Below, piece after piece: positions 9,555 to 19,243 of a DNA stretch of 55,909 nucleotides. Within the stretch, counting starts at the first letter, position 1; each line of letters opens with the position of its first letter. Source of the stretch: a virus (taxonomy: Duplodnaviria; Caudoviricetes); IMG/VR virus record IMGVR_UViG_3300042898_004255, positions 1 to 55,909 of that record. One strand, 5' to 3'. The position numbers and the translations under genes are program-made. A model generated the notes under the pieces. That model did no database searches, was not told the DNA's origin, and saw only the letters and a program-made list of their open reading frames with translations.

Positions 9555-9637
9555 TATGTTAATTTATTTATAAATATATGTGATATTTATAAATAAAAAA
9601 TAAACATAAAAAAACAATTAAGTATTTTAAAAAATAA

Positions 9638-9722
9638 GTCATGTTTAAATACATGAATTAGGACCGGATATAGTTGCTATTCCGTTGGGGGATGTTGATT
9701 CGCTACTCACATCCCCTCTTTT
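9638..9722 (+). ncRNA. Structured intergenic RNA element 1 (three hairpins, last terminator-like)
   Basis: tcatgt/acatga, cgga.atag/ctat.tccg and ggggatg/catcccc stems followed by a T-run; GC-rich island downstream of TATTTATA (9584). Confidence 0.5.
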
Positions 9723-9745
9723 AAAAGAAAATAAAAACAAATAAA

Positions 9746-9877
9746 ATGAAAATATTAATTACAGAATCACAATTAAAAAGTTTATTAGAAAAAACCATTA
9801 TTGAAAATGTTATGGTTAAATCAACCCCAAATTTAAAAAATCTTAAAGAAACCTACACTAAAAAAAACAGACGATAA
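9746..9877 (+). CDS. 43-aa ITESQL-tagged peptide
   Basis: MKILITESQLKSLLEKTIIENVMVKSTPNLKNLKETYTKKNRR; below the ORF-track cutoff, supported by the shared motif. Confidence 0.6.
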   Translation: MKILITESQLKSLLEKTIIENVMVKSTPNLKNLKETYTKKNRR

Positions 9878-9890
9878 AAGTTTAAATAAT

Positions 9891-10208
9891 ATGAAATTAT
9901 TTGATTTAATGAATGAATCGAAAAAAGATTCTTTTGAAACATTTGCAGAAAAAAGATTAGGTGGTGCAACAAAAATTGCGGACAACGCAAAAGAAAAAGG
10001 TGGACCATCAATGTTAACATATCATCATTTTGTTGTTAAACTACCTTATTATAAAAAAGCGAGTCAAGGAAAATTTGATTTGAATGGAGTTAAAAAAGAA
10101 TTTAATGAAACCCTTAAAAAAATATCAACGGATATGAACCAAGTCGAGTTTCAAAAAGAAATGGGAAGATTGGAAGTACTTGGTGAGTTAATAATAAAAC
10201 ATAAATAA
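9891..10208 (+). CDS. Hypothetical protein with MKLxxLxxE N-terminus
   Basis: MKLFDLMNE start; 105 aa. Confidence 0.6.
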   Translation: MKLFDLMNESKKDSFETFAEKRLGGATKIADNAKEKGGPSMLTYHHFVVKLPYYKKASQGKFDLNGVKKEFNETLKKISTDMNQVEFQKEMGRLEVLGELIIKHK

Positions 10209-10209
10209 C

Positions 10210-11304
10210 ATGAATTTAAACGAACAAATATCAAGAATAAAAGAAGTAATGGGGTTAGTTAACGAACAAATAACCTCAACAGGTTATAATTTACCTCAAG
10301 GTCATACTATACCAACATGTACCCAAACGGGTTGTAAGGGAACTTATAGTGGTCCACAATTTAATATAATAGGTACAAATACGGATGGGACTGACAAATG
10401 GAATGACATTGCACATGACTACTCAAATACCATGAGTTATTATGTTGGTGATAAACTAAAAGAATTATATAAACAAGGAATTTATGTTAAAGTAGACCTT
10501 GAAATGATAAAAATGACGGCGTACCCAGTTAAAAATGAAGAAAGTGCAGATCCAACAAAAGTAACTATAGATATACCATTTATTAGAGTAAAAAATAAAT
10601 GCGAAGCATATACTTCATTTGACCATGCAGGTGGGTGGGGGCACTTGCGTATTGATTTAGACAACAGAAAAACACAATTATCATCTGCATTGTTACCTGG
10701 TGAAACATTAGATATTAGTACTTTGAATCAAACAAATAAAACTGATTATAAAACAAGTTTAAATGAGTACTGGATACAATGGAAAAATAAAACTACTCAA
10801 TCTGATTGTGCTAATAATTCAACTAATGTAACCCCACAAACAACAAGTGTAACACCTCAGAAAACTAATGTAACCCCACAAACAACAAGTGTAACACCTC
10901 AGAAAACTAATGTAACCCCACAAACAACAAGTAGTTCATCAAATGGTGAAGAGGTCAAAGTTACTGGTAATGGTATTATAGAGTTAAGAAAAAATATAAT
11001 AAGTAAATCATCAAATGCAAGTATTGATGTAAATAGTATTAAAGTTAATATGGATAAATTTGAAATTTCATATAAATCAGGTCCAACTAAAATAAATAAA
11101 ATTAGTCTTTTTACAAGAAACACTGGTGATGTTAAAGATAGTTCAGGATTTACCACCGCATTAGATAATGTTATATCCCAAAATAAATCTGATAATATTA
11201 CCGTTGAAGTTATTAAACGAGGTTCTATAACAAATTATCCATTCAATGACGGCACAAAAAAATTTAATACAACTCTATATTGGGCGGTTTTATTAATATA
11301 TTAA
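10210..11304 (+). CDS. Hypothetical protein: N-terminal EQISRIKEVM tag, Cys-containing domain, Thr/Pro linker
   Basis: MNLNEQISRIKEVMGLVNE; central HAGGWGH domain; TPQ repeats. Confidence 0.65.
   Translation: MNLNEQISRIKEVMGLVNEQITSTGYNLPQGHTIPTCTQTGCKGTYSGPQFNIIGTNTDGTDKWNDIAHDYSNTMSYYVGDKLKELYKQGIYVKVDLEMIKMTAYPVKNEESADPTKVTIDIPFIRVKNKCEAYTSFDHAGGWGHLRIDLDNRKTQLSSALLPGETLDISTLNQTNKTDYKTSLNEYWIQWKNKTTQSDCANNSTNVTPQTTSVTPQKTNVTPQTTSVTPQKTNVTPQTTSSSSNGEEVKVTGNGIIELRKNIISKSSNASIDVNSIKVNMDKFEISYKSGPTKINKISLFTRNTGDVKDSSGFTTALDNVISQNKSDNITVEVIKRGSITNYPFNDGTKKFNTTLYWAVLLIY
10821..10932 (+). repeat. 42-bp coding tandem repeat (about 2.6 copies; TNVTPQTTSVTPQK)
   Basis: actaatgtaaccccacaaacaacaagtgtaacacctcagaaa repeated. 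Confidence 0.9.
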
Positions 11305-11353
11305 TAAACCATATTTTTTTAAAAAATAAACTATTTATATATAAAAAATTAAA

Positions 11354-11680
11354 ATGAAAAAAGTAATTAGATTAACTGAATCACAATTAAAACAAATGGT
11401 CAAACAAATGATGACGGAAGAATATAGTAAAGAATATTATGACCGTGAATACAGAGAAGGTCCTACAGATGAAGACAAGGAAATGATGAGATTAAAAAAA
11501 GAATTTATTAATCTTGTTAATAAAATGAGGAAAAAGGGGTTCGATTCAATCTCTGATTTCGAGGATTTACTATATGACCAAATACCTGTTGATGATTATG
11601 GTGATTTTTTTGAACCTAAACAATTCTCAAAATTTGGTGGTAAAATAGGTCCAAAATCTCCAGAGTATAGAAGACGATAA
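11354..11680 (+). CDS. LTESQL-tagged hypothetical protein
   Basis: MKKVIRLTESQLKQMVK; TATTTATA at 11332. Confidence 0.65.
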   Translation: MKKVIRLTESQLKQMVKQMMTEEYSKEYYDREYREGPTDEDKEMMRLKKEFINLVNKMRKKGFDSISDFEDLLYDQIPVDDYGDFFEPKQFSKFGGKIGPKSPEYRRR

Positions 11681-11702
11681 AAAAATTAAAACAATTATAA
11701 AT

Positions 11703-11735
11703 AAAAAAACCCTTCAAATTTGAAGGGTTTTTTTT
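11703..11735. terminator. Bidirectional intrinsic terminator
   Basis: A-run, cccttcaa/ttgaaggg hairpin, T-run between convergent genes. Confidence 0.85.
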
Positions 11736-11736
11736 A

Positions 11737-12099
11737 TTATCTTTTTTTACCACAAGATAAACATTTTCTTTTTGATGACGATTCATTCATATCACTATCG
11801 TGTACAGACTTTGGGTTTTCACGGTCATTAAATTCGTCATCTCCATATCTAGAAAATTCATCATCACCATATGTTGAAAATTCGTCATCTTCTTCCATAG
11901 GGAATTCATTATCGTTAAATTCGTCATCTTCTTCCATAGGGAATTCATTATCGTTAAATTCATCATCTTCATCCATATTAGACTGAATTTTTTTAGAAAA
12001 TAAATCATCAAGACTAAATTCATTTTCTTTCAGATTTCTTTTTGTAAAAAGAATATTAGCTTCTTGAATATTCTTTAATTTCGCCAATCTTTTATTCAT
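11737..12099 (-). CDS. Acidic repeat protein
   Basis: EDDEFNDNEFPME / GDDEFS repeats; C-terminal CxxC. Confidence 0.65.
   Translation of the reverse strand: MNKRLAKLKNIQEANILFTKRNLKENEFSLDDLFSKKIQSNMDEDDEFNDNEFPMEEDDEFNDNEFPMEEDDEFSTYGDDEFSRYGDDEFNDRENPKSVHDSDMNESSSKRKCLSCGKKR
11826..11975 (-). repeat. 39-bp and 24-bp coding repeats
   Basis: aattcgtcatcttcttccatagggaattcattatcgtta duplicated. Confidence 0.85.
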
Positions 12100-12121
12100 A
12101 TTAATTTTTAATTAATAAATA

Positions 12122-13309
12122 TTACCAATATTCTAATAAGTTTAATTTGTCCATATATTCTTTTTCGATATCACTAGAAGTTAAGTTACTATAGTCTTTT
12201 GGTATTATACTATATAATTTAGATAATTTTTTATATAATCTTTCAGCATCGAATTTCATTTTGTTTATCATTTTTTCAAATGTTTTTTTAACATTAAGAT
12301 CATCATTATCAGAATACATTAATTTAGAAATATGTTTCGACCATAAATCGTGAATAGATTTGTCATCTAAATCTACACCTAAAGAACCTTGATTAAGTGC
12401 CTTCATAAATTCTTTAGACATACCCGCAATCTGCAATAAAAACAAACCCATTGATTTATTTGTCGCCATGTATATAAAATAATCTGGAACATTAAGATTA
12501 TTTTTTAAATCAAGTCTAACAGATTCAAATAATTTTTCATATGATAAATTCTTCACTTCATTAATTTTCCCATACACATTTGATGACCTAAATTTTTCCA
12601 AAAAATTACTTTGTGTTATTTTTTGACTTAAACATTCAGAATAAAGTTCATTTGGTCGAACTTTACTTTCAACATCATGAATATAATACATTAAAAAACA
12701 AAAATCATTTAAATCACCAGAAAAATCTACCTCATTGTATAAATAATTTGACAAAGAATAGTGTGTTCTATCACTTATTTTAGCATAAGGGTTTAAAACA
12801 TGGTCAATATAATGTTTTAATTCGTGTGACATAGTATCAACATTCATATTTTTTTGAGATATTAAAAAACGAACAAACTCTAAAAATGTGATATTACCAT
12901 CTATAGCATAATTCATATCTAAAACCGCATCACTTTGTGCATCATAAGTTAGTGTTCCTTTTTTACTTAGATTTGTAATATCAGGATTAGTGTTTGACAT
13001 ACTTAAAATCGCAATCGGAACACTCATACCATAAAATGTTGTAAAATTTATTGTAATTCTAACTGTTTTTAGTATGACATCTTGTTTTTCTGTAGGAAAT
13101 ATTTCGTCCATATTTAAAACAAAATAAAGTTTATCAGTATCTCTTATACTAATTTTTGATAAATTTTTACTTTTTACATAATCAATTATTTGACTATATA
13201 GTTTATCAATAATTTTTGTTGATGTTTCAAAAACATTTTCTACCACTCCAACTACCTCATTTAAATTATTAACATTATTAACCATGTTAATCATTGCACG
13301 TATATCCAT
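12122..13309 (-). CDS. Putative zincin-like metallopeptidase
   Basis: SHELKH (HExxH) with downstream E..A/V-type segment. Confidence 0.5.
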   Translation of the reverse strand: MDIRAMINMVNNVNNLNEVVGVVENVFETSTKIIDKLYSQIIDYVKSKNLSKISIRDTDKLYFVLNMDEIFPTEKQDVILKTVRITINFTTFYGMSVPIAILSMSNTNPDITNLSKKGTLTYDAQSDAVLDMNYAIDGNITFLEFVRFLISQKNMNVDTMSHELKHYIDHVLNPYAKISDRTHYSLSNYLYNEVDFSGDLNDFCFLMYYIHDVESKVRPNELYSECLSQKITQSNFLEKFRSSNVYGKINEVKNLSYEKLFESVRLDLKNNLNVPDYFIYMATNKSMGLFLLQIAGMSKEFMKALNQGSLGVDLDDKSIHDLWSKHISKLMYSDNDDLNVKKTFEKMINKMKFDAERLYKKLSKLYSIIPKDYSNLTSSDIEKEYMDKLNLLEYW

Positions 13310-13317
13310 ATTTTTTT

Positions 13318-13815
13318 TTAATCTATATTTATTGTTCCACCGGAGTATTTTTTATCATACCCGTCTCTTATTTGTTTTTCAGATACATCAATTAAATCTT
13401 GTAAAATATCGTTTAGGTCATCCATATCAAGTTGTAGTGTATCTAAATCTGTAAGTAAATCATTTGCTTTACTATAAAATGTTTCTGCTTTAGCATCCAA
13501 ATTATCATTTAAATGGTCATCAAAAAAAGATTCCATAACATCAAAGTATTTTTCCCATTTATTTTTTAATATTTTTTGATTTGCCCTAAACTTTTCAACT
13601 GTTTGTATGTAATAATCCATGTTTTCACAGATATCTGAAATAGTTGTGTTAAATACCACATTATAAACATTATAAATAGATTTTTTTCCACCATCTATAA
13701 GTTTTTCTAAATCAGACACTACTTGTGGTAATGATTCTGGATTATACATAAATTTCATAGAGTCTTCAACTATTCTAATTAAATCACTTGTTTTTAACTT
13801 TATTATTCTTTTCAT
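13318..13815 (-). CDS. Helical hypothetical protein with degenerate ITESQL-type N-terminus
   Basis: MKRIIKLKTSDLIRIVED. Confidence 0.6.
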   Translation of the reverse strand: MKRIIKLKTSDLIRIVEDSMKFMYNPESLPQVVSDLEKLIDGGKKSIYNVYNVVFNTTISDICENMDYYIQTVEKFRANQKILKNKWEKYFDVMESFFDDHLNDNLDAKAETFYSKANDLLTDLDTLQLDMDDLNDILQDLIDVSEKQIRDGYDKKYSGGTINID

Positions 13816-13879
13816 TTATACTTTTATATTGGATAAATATTTAAAAAACCATATTTATACTATATAATGTTAATAAAAT

Positions 13880-15514
13880 ATGAAAATAATAATCACAGAA
13901 TCACAGTTAAATAGGTTAAATGAGGATATAACTGCTGGTAGAATGATTGTTTATCATAGAACCGGAAAAAAAGGATTCAATCCATCTAAAAACATTGCGG
14001 ATGATGGTTATATAGTTAGTATAGGTGCACATTACGGTTATGGTGTTTATACAACATATGACCTTGAGTCCCAAATGGGTGATAAAATGAAGAATAATTA
14101 TGGAAATATTATCATTGAATCTCAGATTATAGATACTAGTAAATTTTTAATTTTTAATTATGACATTGCGAAGAAAATATACAAATCAAGATATCGATTT
14201 ATAGACCAGTTAAAACAAATATTAGGAAAAAAAGAATGGTTAAAATATAAAGATAACGACCCCATAAGAGATATCGATGATACATTGGAAGAAGGAAATA
14301 TAAAATATACATCAAATCTTGCTTATGATTTTTACCAAGAGTTCTACGATTCTATTTTACAAAAACTTAATGGAATGATATTCACAGGTGGGAATGATGG
14401 AAATGTACTAGTATCTTATAATAGAAGAAATATCGAACCATTAAGATATTCTGAAGATGATGGTAAAACCTGGACAAATATTAGAAATGTAAAAACTTAT
14501 CAAAGAATAAAAGAACCAGATGATTATAAAAAAGACCCTGAGTTCCAACATCTTTTAAATAAGATTGAAAATGAACCAAATTTGGGTAGTTATTTTATAG
14601 AAGAAGTACCCTCAAAATATTATGATTATTTATTAAATTATTTTTCAAAAAAAGGTGATAAATTAAATGATAATGAATCTAAAATTATTGATATCATAAA
14701 ACTTATTAAAAAATTTGGTGATTATGATATTTTTAGAATACTTAATAATTCAAAAGATAAAGAACAAACGGCAATAGAAATTCTTGAAATTAATGGTGAT
14801 AGTTTAACTTCTTATGATATACAACTTTTATTATCATATTTTACAATACCAGATAACAAAAGTTTAATAAATATTGATGTTTTAATAATAAAAATTATTG
14901 ATTTAAAAGGTGATAAATTTAATTTCGAAGGTATTAGAGATTTAGTTCAATATTCTGAAGATAAAGACCTTATTGCAACAAAAATTATTGATATAATGAG
15001 TGAAAAATTAGATGGTGATGTTATCGAGATTTTAATGTCTCGTTCAACAGATAAAGAACTTATTGCAACAAAAATTATTGAGAAAAAAGGTAAAGAATTA
15101 CAGAGTATGGATATTAAAAATATTTTACAACGTGCATTTTATTATAACAAAAAAAATAACTCACTTCATTATGGTCATAAAAACATATTAACAAAAATTT
15201 TTGAAATCAAAGGTGATAAATTGAATTATAATGATATTAATGAAATATTAATGTATCCATTAAATAATAATAACGATACATTAATTAAAATTATTCAAAT
15301 AAAAGGTGAAAAATTAATTGATAGGGAAATATATATGTTACTTAATAATTCAAAAGATAAAGAATTAATAAAGAAAACATTATTACAAAATGGTGTTGAT
15401 TATGAATTAATAAATGATGTAATAATTGAAGATGATTTAGATACTCCATTAATACCAGATAATTATCAGTCAATGTTAAATGAAATAAAGAGAATTAAAC
15501 AAATAATAAGATGA
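13880..15514 (+). CDS. ADP-ribosyltransferase-like domain + six helical repeats, with N- and C-terminal tags (paralog A)
   Basis: MKIIITESQL; VYHRT...GY...HYGYGVYTT...YG PARP/diphtheria-toxin-type H-Y core; DKDLIATKII repeats; ends MLNEIKRIKQIIR. Confidence 0.65.
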   Translation: MKIIITESQLNRLNEDITAGRMIVYHRTGKKGFNPSKNIADDGYIVSIGAHYGYGVYTTYDLESQMGDKMKNNYGNIIIESQIIDTSKFLIFNYDIAKKIYKSRYRFIDQLKQILGKKEWLKYKDNDPIRDIDDTLEEGNIKYTSNLAYDFYQEFYDSILQKLNGMIFTGGNDGNVLVSYNRRNIEPLRYSEDDGKTWTNIRNVKTYQRIKEPDDYKKDPEFQHLLNKIENEPNLGSYFIEEVPSKYYDYLLNYFSKKGDKLNDNESKIIDIIKLIKKFGDYDIFRILNNSKDKEQTAIEILEINGDSLTSYDIQLLLSYFTIPDNKSLINIDVLIIKIIDLKGDKFNFEGIRDLVQYSEDKDLIATKIIDIMSEKLDGDVIEILMSRSTDKELIATKIIEKKGKELQSMDIKNILQRAFYYNKKNNSLHYGHKNILTKIFEIKGDKLNYNDINEILMYPLNNNNDTLIKIIQIKGEKLIDREIYMLLNNSKDKELIKKTLLQNGVDYELINDVIIEDDLDTPLIPDNYQSMLNEIKRIKQIIR

Positions 15515-17643
15515 AAATAATAATCACGGAATCACAGTTAAATAAGTTAAATGAAGATATAACTGCTGGTAGAATGATTGTTTATCACAGAACAGGAAAA
15601 AAAGGATTTAACCCATCTAAAAACATTGCGAATGTTGGTTATATAGTTAGTGATGGTGCACATTACGGTTATGGTGTTTACACAACATATGACCTTGAGT
15701 CCCAAATGGGTGATAATATGAAGAACAATTATGGAAATATTATCATTGAATCTCAGATTATAGATACTAGTAAATTTTTAATTTTTAATTATGACATTGC
15801 AAAGAAAATATACAAATCGAGATATAGATTTATAGATCAGTTAAAACAAATATTAGGAAAAAAAGAATGGTTAAAATATAAAGATAATAGTATAATAAAA
15901 AATATAGATTATAGATTAGAACAAGAGAATATAGTATATACATCAAATATTGCTCTTGATTTTTACGGAAGTTTCAAAGATTCTATTTTACAAAAACTTA
16001 ATGGAATGATATTCACAGGTGGAAATGATGGAAATGTACTAGTATCTTATAACAGAAGAAATATTGAACCATTAAGATATTCTGAAGATAATGGTAAAAC
16101 CTGGACAAATATTAGAAATGTAAAAACGTATCAAAGAATAAAAGAACCATATGATTTAAAAAAAGATCCTGAGTTCCAACATCTTTTAAATAAACTTGAA
16201 GTTGACCCTCGTTTTGATATAAAAAACATTCCTTCAAAATATCATGAATATTTATTTAATTTTTTATCAAAAAAAGATAATAGTAAATTAAATCATAATG
16301 AATCTAAAATTATTAAAAACATAGAACTTATTAAAAAATTTGGTTCCTATGATATTTTTGAAATACTTAATAATTCTACAGATAAAAAAGAAACTGCAAT
16401 AGAACTTATTGAAATCGGAGGTGATAGATTAACTTCTATTGAAATTAATACTATACTATTATATTTTACAATACCAGATAACAAAAGTTTGATAAATATT
16501 GATGTTTTAATAATAAAAATTATTGAATCAAAAGGTGAAAATTTACAGTATCAACTTGTAGAAAGTTTACTTGAATATTCAACTGATAAAGACCTTATTG
16601 TTGCCAAAATTATTGAAACAAAAGGTAGAGAATTAAATAGTAACGATATACGTTTTATACTTAAATATTCAACTGATAAAGACATTATTGCAACAAAAAT
16701 TATTGATTTAAAAGGTGAAGAATTGAAACCAGTTGAAATAAATAATTTAATTATGTTATCAAATAATAAAGACCTTATTGCGATAAAAATTATTGATGCA
16801 AAAGGTGATAAATTAGAAATTAGTGAAAATATAAGTCATTTACTTTATGATTCAAAAAATAAAGACCTTATTGTGACAAAAATTATTGACGCAAAAGGTA
16901 AACAATTAACTAATATTGAAATATGGTTATTACTTGATTATACAAAAAAAAATGTTATTAATACAAAGAAACTTATCTCATTTGGATACCTCATTAGTGA
17001 ACAACGATATATGCAGTTAACACCATTATTGCAAAAATATTATAAAAAAATTAGAGGTGTTAGAGGTGTTGCTGGATATATAGATTGGGAATTTAAATAT
17101 TTAACTGATAATGAAAGAATTAAATATATTGATTTAAAAGGTAAAGAATTGTTGCATTCAGAAGATGTAATGTATTTAGTTCGATATTCAACCGATAAAG
17201 ACCTTATTGCATCAAAAATTATTGATGTAAAAGGTGAAGAATTGACATCAGATAATATAAAAGTTTTACTTCTATATTCAGTATCTATAAATAAATCTTA
17301 TAACATTATAATAAAAATTATTAAAACACTAGGTGTGAAATTATATGATGATAATTTAATAGGTAATTTAATTGCACCTATGTTAGATACTGAATATAAA
17401 GACCTTATTATACGAGAAATTATTGATGTAATAGGTAATAAATTAAATAATGTTTATATTCTTTTTTTAGTAGTACTTTCAAATGATAAAGAATTAACAA
17501 AGAAAACATTATTACAAAAGGGTGTTGATTATAAATTAATAAATGATATAATAACAACGAATGAAATAGATACCCCATTAATACCAGATAATTATCAAGA
17601 AATGTTAAATGAAATAAAAAGAATTAAAGAAATAATAAGATGA
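15511..17643 (+). CDS. ADP-ribosyltransferase-like domain + helical repeats (paralog B, chimeric)
   Basis: ART domain near-identical to paralog A; 6 repeats, an internal copy of the array N-module, 3 more repeats, C-terminal tag. Confidence 0.65.
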   Translation: MKIIITESQLNKLNEDITAGRMIVYHRTGKKGFNPSKNIANVGYIVSDGAHYGYGVYTTYDLESQMGDNMKNNYGNIIIESQIIDTSKFLIFNYDIAKKIYKSRYRFIDQLKQILGKKEWLKYKDNSIIKNIDYRLEQENIVYTSNIALDFYGSFKDSILQKLNGMIFTGGNDGNVLVSYNRRNIEPLRYSEDNGKTWTNIRNVKTYQRIKEPYDLKKDPEFQHLLNKLEVDPRFDIKNIPSKYHEYLFNFLSKKDNSKLNHNESKIIKNIELIKKFGSYDIFEILNNSTDKKETAIELIEIGGDRLTSIEINTILLYFTIPDNKSLINIDVLIIKIIESKGENLQYQLVESLLEYSTDKDLIVAKIIETKGRELNSNDIRFILKYSTDKDIIATKIIDLKGEELKPVEINNLIMLSNNKDLIAIKIIDAKGDKLEISENISHLLYDSKNKDLIVTKIIDAKGKQLTNIEIWLLLDYTKKNVINTKKLISFGYLISEQRYMQLTPLLQKYYKKIRGVRGVAGYIDWEFKYLTDNERIKYIDLKGKELLHSEDVMYLVRYSTDKDLIASKIIDVKGEELTSDNIKVLLLYSVSINKSYNIIIKIIKTLGVKLYDDNLIGNLIAPMLDTEYKDLIIREIIDVIGNKLNNVYILFLVVLSNDKELTKKTLLQKGVDYKLINDIITTNEIDTPLIPDNYQEMLNEIKRIKEIIR

Positions 17644-18209
17644 AAATAATAATAACGGAATCACAGTTAAAAAAACTAATAAAAAATAATTTAAATGAAA
17701 ATTTTTTTGATTTTCATTCTATGAATTATGATGACCAAAAAAAAATATATAACATATTTAAAGATTCGTATGAAAAATCTGTTGGTGTTTCTTGGACAGA
17801 AGATAAATTTTTTAACAGATCAAGAAATTGGAAATTTTATGGAGATGAAAATGGTTTTATTTCAATAAGACCTCAAAATTCAGGTTTTTATAAATTGGTC
17901 GGCGTTGCTGGAAGTTTAAAAGGTATTTTAAAAGGTTTAGATTATTTAAATAATCAAGATTATCCAATATGGGGAATGGTTAGTGAAGATATTAAAAATA
18001 TGGCATTAAGAAAAGGTTTTAAGGAACCATCTAAGTCAGAGTTAACAATGTTATACAATAATATTCCTAGTTCAGTATTTGGTGGTGTTGAAACTGAAGT
18101 AAATACTGATGGTAGTCTAACACTGAAATACCCTGATGTTGGAGACACTAAAAAATATTTTATTGCGAATGAAAAATATTTCGATAAGATGAAAAATTTA
18201 AAATATTAA
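17640..18209 (+). CDS. ITESQL-tagged hypothetical protein
   Basis: MKIIITESQLKKLIKNNLNE; ATGA-coupled to paralog B. Confidence 0.65.
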   Translation: MKIIITESQLKKLIKNNLNENFFDFHSMNYDDQKKIYNIFKDSYEKSVGVSWTEDKFFNRSRNWKFYGDENGFISIRPQNSGFYKLVGVAGSLKGILKGLDYLNNQDYPIWGMVSEDIKNMALRKGFKEPSKSELTMLYNNIPSSVFGGVETEVNTDGSLTLKYPDVGDTKKYFIANEKYFDKMKNLKY

Positions 18210-18215
18210 TGTTAA

Positions 18216-18542
18216 CTAATTAATTTCTTTTATTTTTTTATCTAATATTTTAAAACATTCTTCGAAACCATCATTTTCTATATCTTCTCTTTTAGATTTT
18301 GATTCTTTTGAAGTTAATACTACTTTTTCATTTTCTAAAAAAATTGTGTATGACCAATTATTTTTTGTATACATTTCAATCGTTAAATAAATTCCTTGTT
18401 TATCAAAAAAACCATATAATTTTTTTATATCATAAAAATCAAGAACGGATATTGATGGCACACCTGTATTAGGGAACATTATTTTACAAAAAAGTTCCGT
18501 CGCATCAGAATAAAGATATTGAATAGTGTACCAATTCATCAT
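18216..18542 (-). CDS. Hypothetical protein
   Basis: 108-aa ORF. Confidence 0.55.
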   Translation of the reverse strand: MMNWYTIQYLYSDATELFCKIMFPNTGVPSISVLDFYDIKKLYGFFDKQGIYLTIEMYTKNNWSYTIFLENEKVVLTSKESKSKREDIENDGFEECFKILDKKIKEIN

Positions 18543-18601
18543 ACATAATTATAAAAAAAACATATTAAGTTATATATATTAAATGAATAAATTTGTTAAA
18601 T

Positions 18602-18970
18602 ATGAGTTTCTTAAAAGATGAAAATAAAACAAAATTTACAGAGTTTGTAAAATTTGTAAAAAACGAACTTAAAATTGAAAGTTGTCCAACTATTGTTCTT
18701 CAAAATGGTAGAGGTAAACTAAAGACAACCGCAAATTATGATTACATGAAGACTAATAAAATAATTCGTGTTAATATTAAGAATCGTAGTTTAGTTGATG
18801 TGATGAGAAGTATTGCACATGAAATGGTTCATCACAAACAATATGAAGATGGAAGATTAGATGTAAAACCACCAGATATCGGTGGTGAAATAGAAGATGA
18901 GGCAAACGCAAAAGCGGGACAATTTATAAAAATGTTTTCAAAATTAGATGAGACTATTTATGATGAATAA
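18602..18970 (+). CDS. Small zincin metallopeptidase (HExxH)
   Basis: RSIAHEMVHHKQ...EDEANAKAG; ATG start at 18602. Confidence 0.7.
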   Translation: MSFLKDENKTKFTEFVKFVKNELKIESCPTIVLQNGRGKLKTTANYDYMKTNKIIRVNIKNRSLVDVMRSIAHEMVHHKQYEDGRLDVKPPDIGGEIEDEANAKAGQFIKMFSKLDETIYDE

Positions 18971-19022
18971 ATTTAATAAACAATAAATAACATTTTAAGA
19001 TTTTTAAACTATTTATATAAAT

Positions 19023-19238
19023 ATGAAAATAATAATATCAGAAAAACAATATAAGAAACTTATAAAAAGTATCGACGAACAAGGTGCTCCCGCTGGTGAC
19101 ACTAAACAAGGTTATCCCGAAGTGGGTAAATGGGAGTCAGGAGTTACTAGAGGTGCAGCTAACCAAATTGGATTAACTAAGTGGTCAGACATTGTTGGTT
19201 CTTTATTAAAGAGAGATAAAGGTAATAAATTAAAATAA
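19023..19238 (+). CDS. ISEKQY-tagged small protein
   Basis: MKIIISEKQYKKLIKSIDE; TATTTATA at 19010. Confidence 0.65.
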   Translation: MKIIISEKQYKKLIKSIDEQGAPAGDTKQGYPEVGKWESGVTRGAANQIGLTKWSDIVGSLLKRDKGNKLK

Positions 19239-19243
19239 TAATT

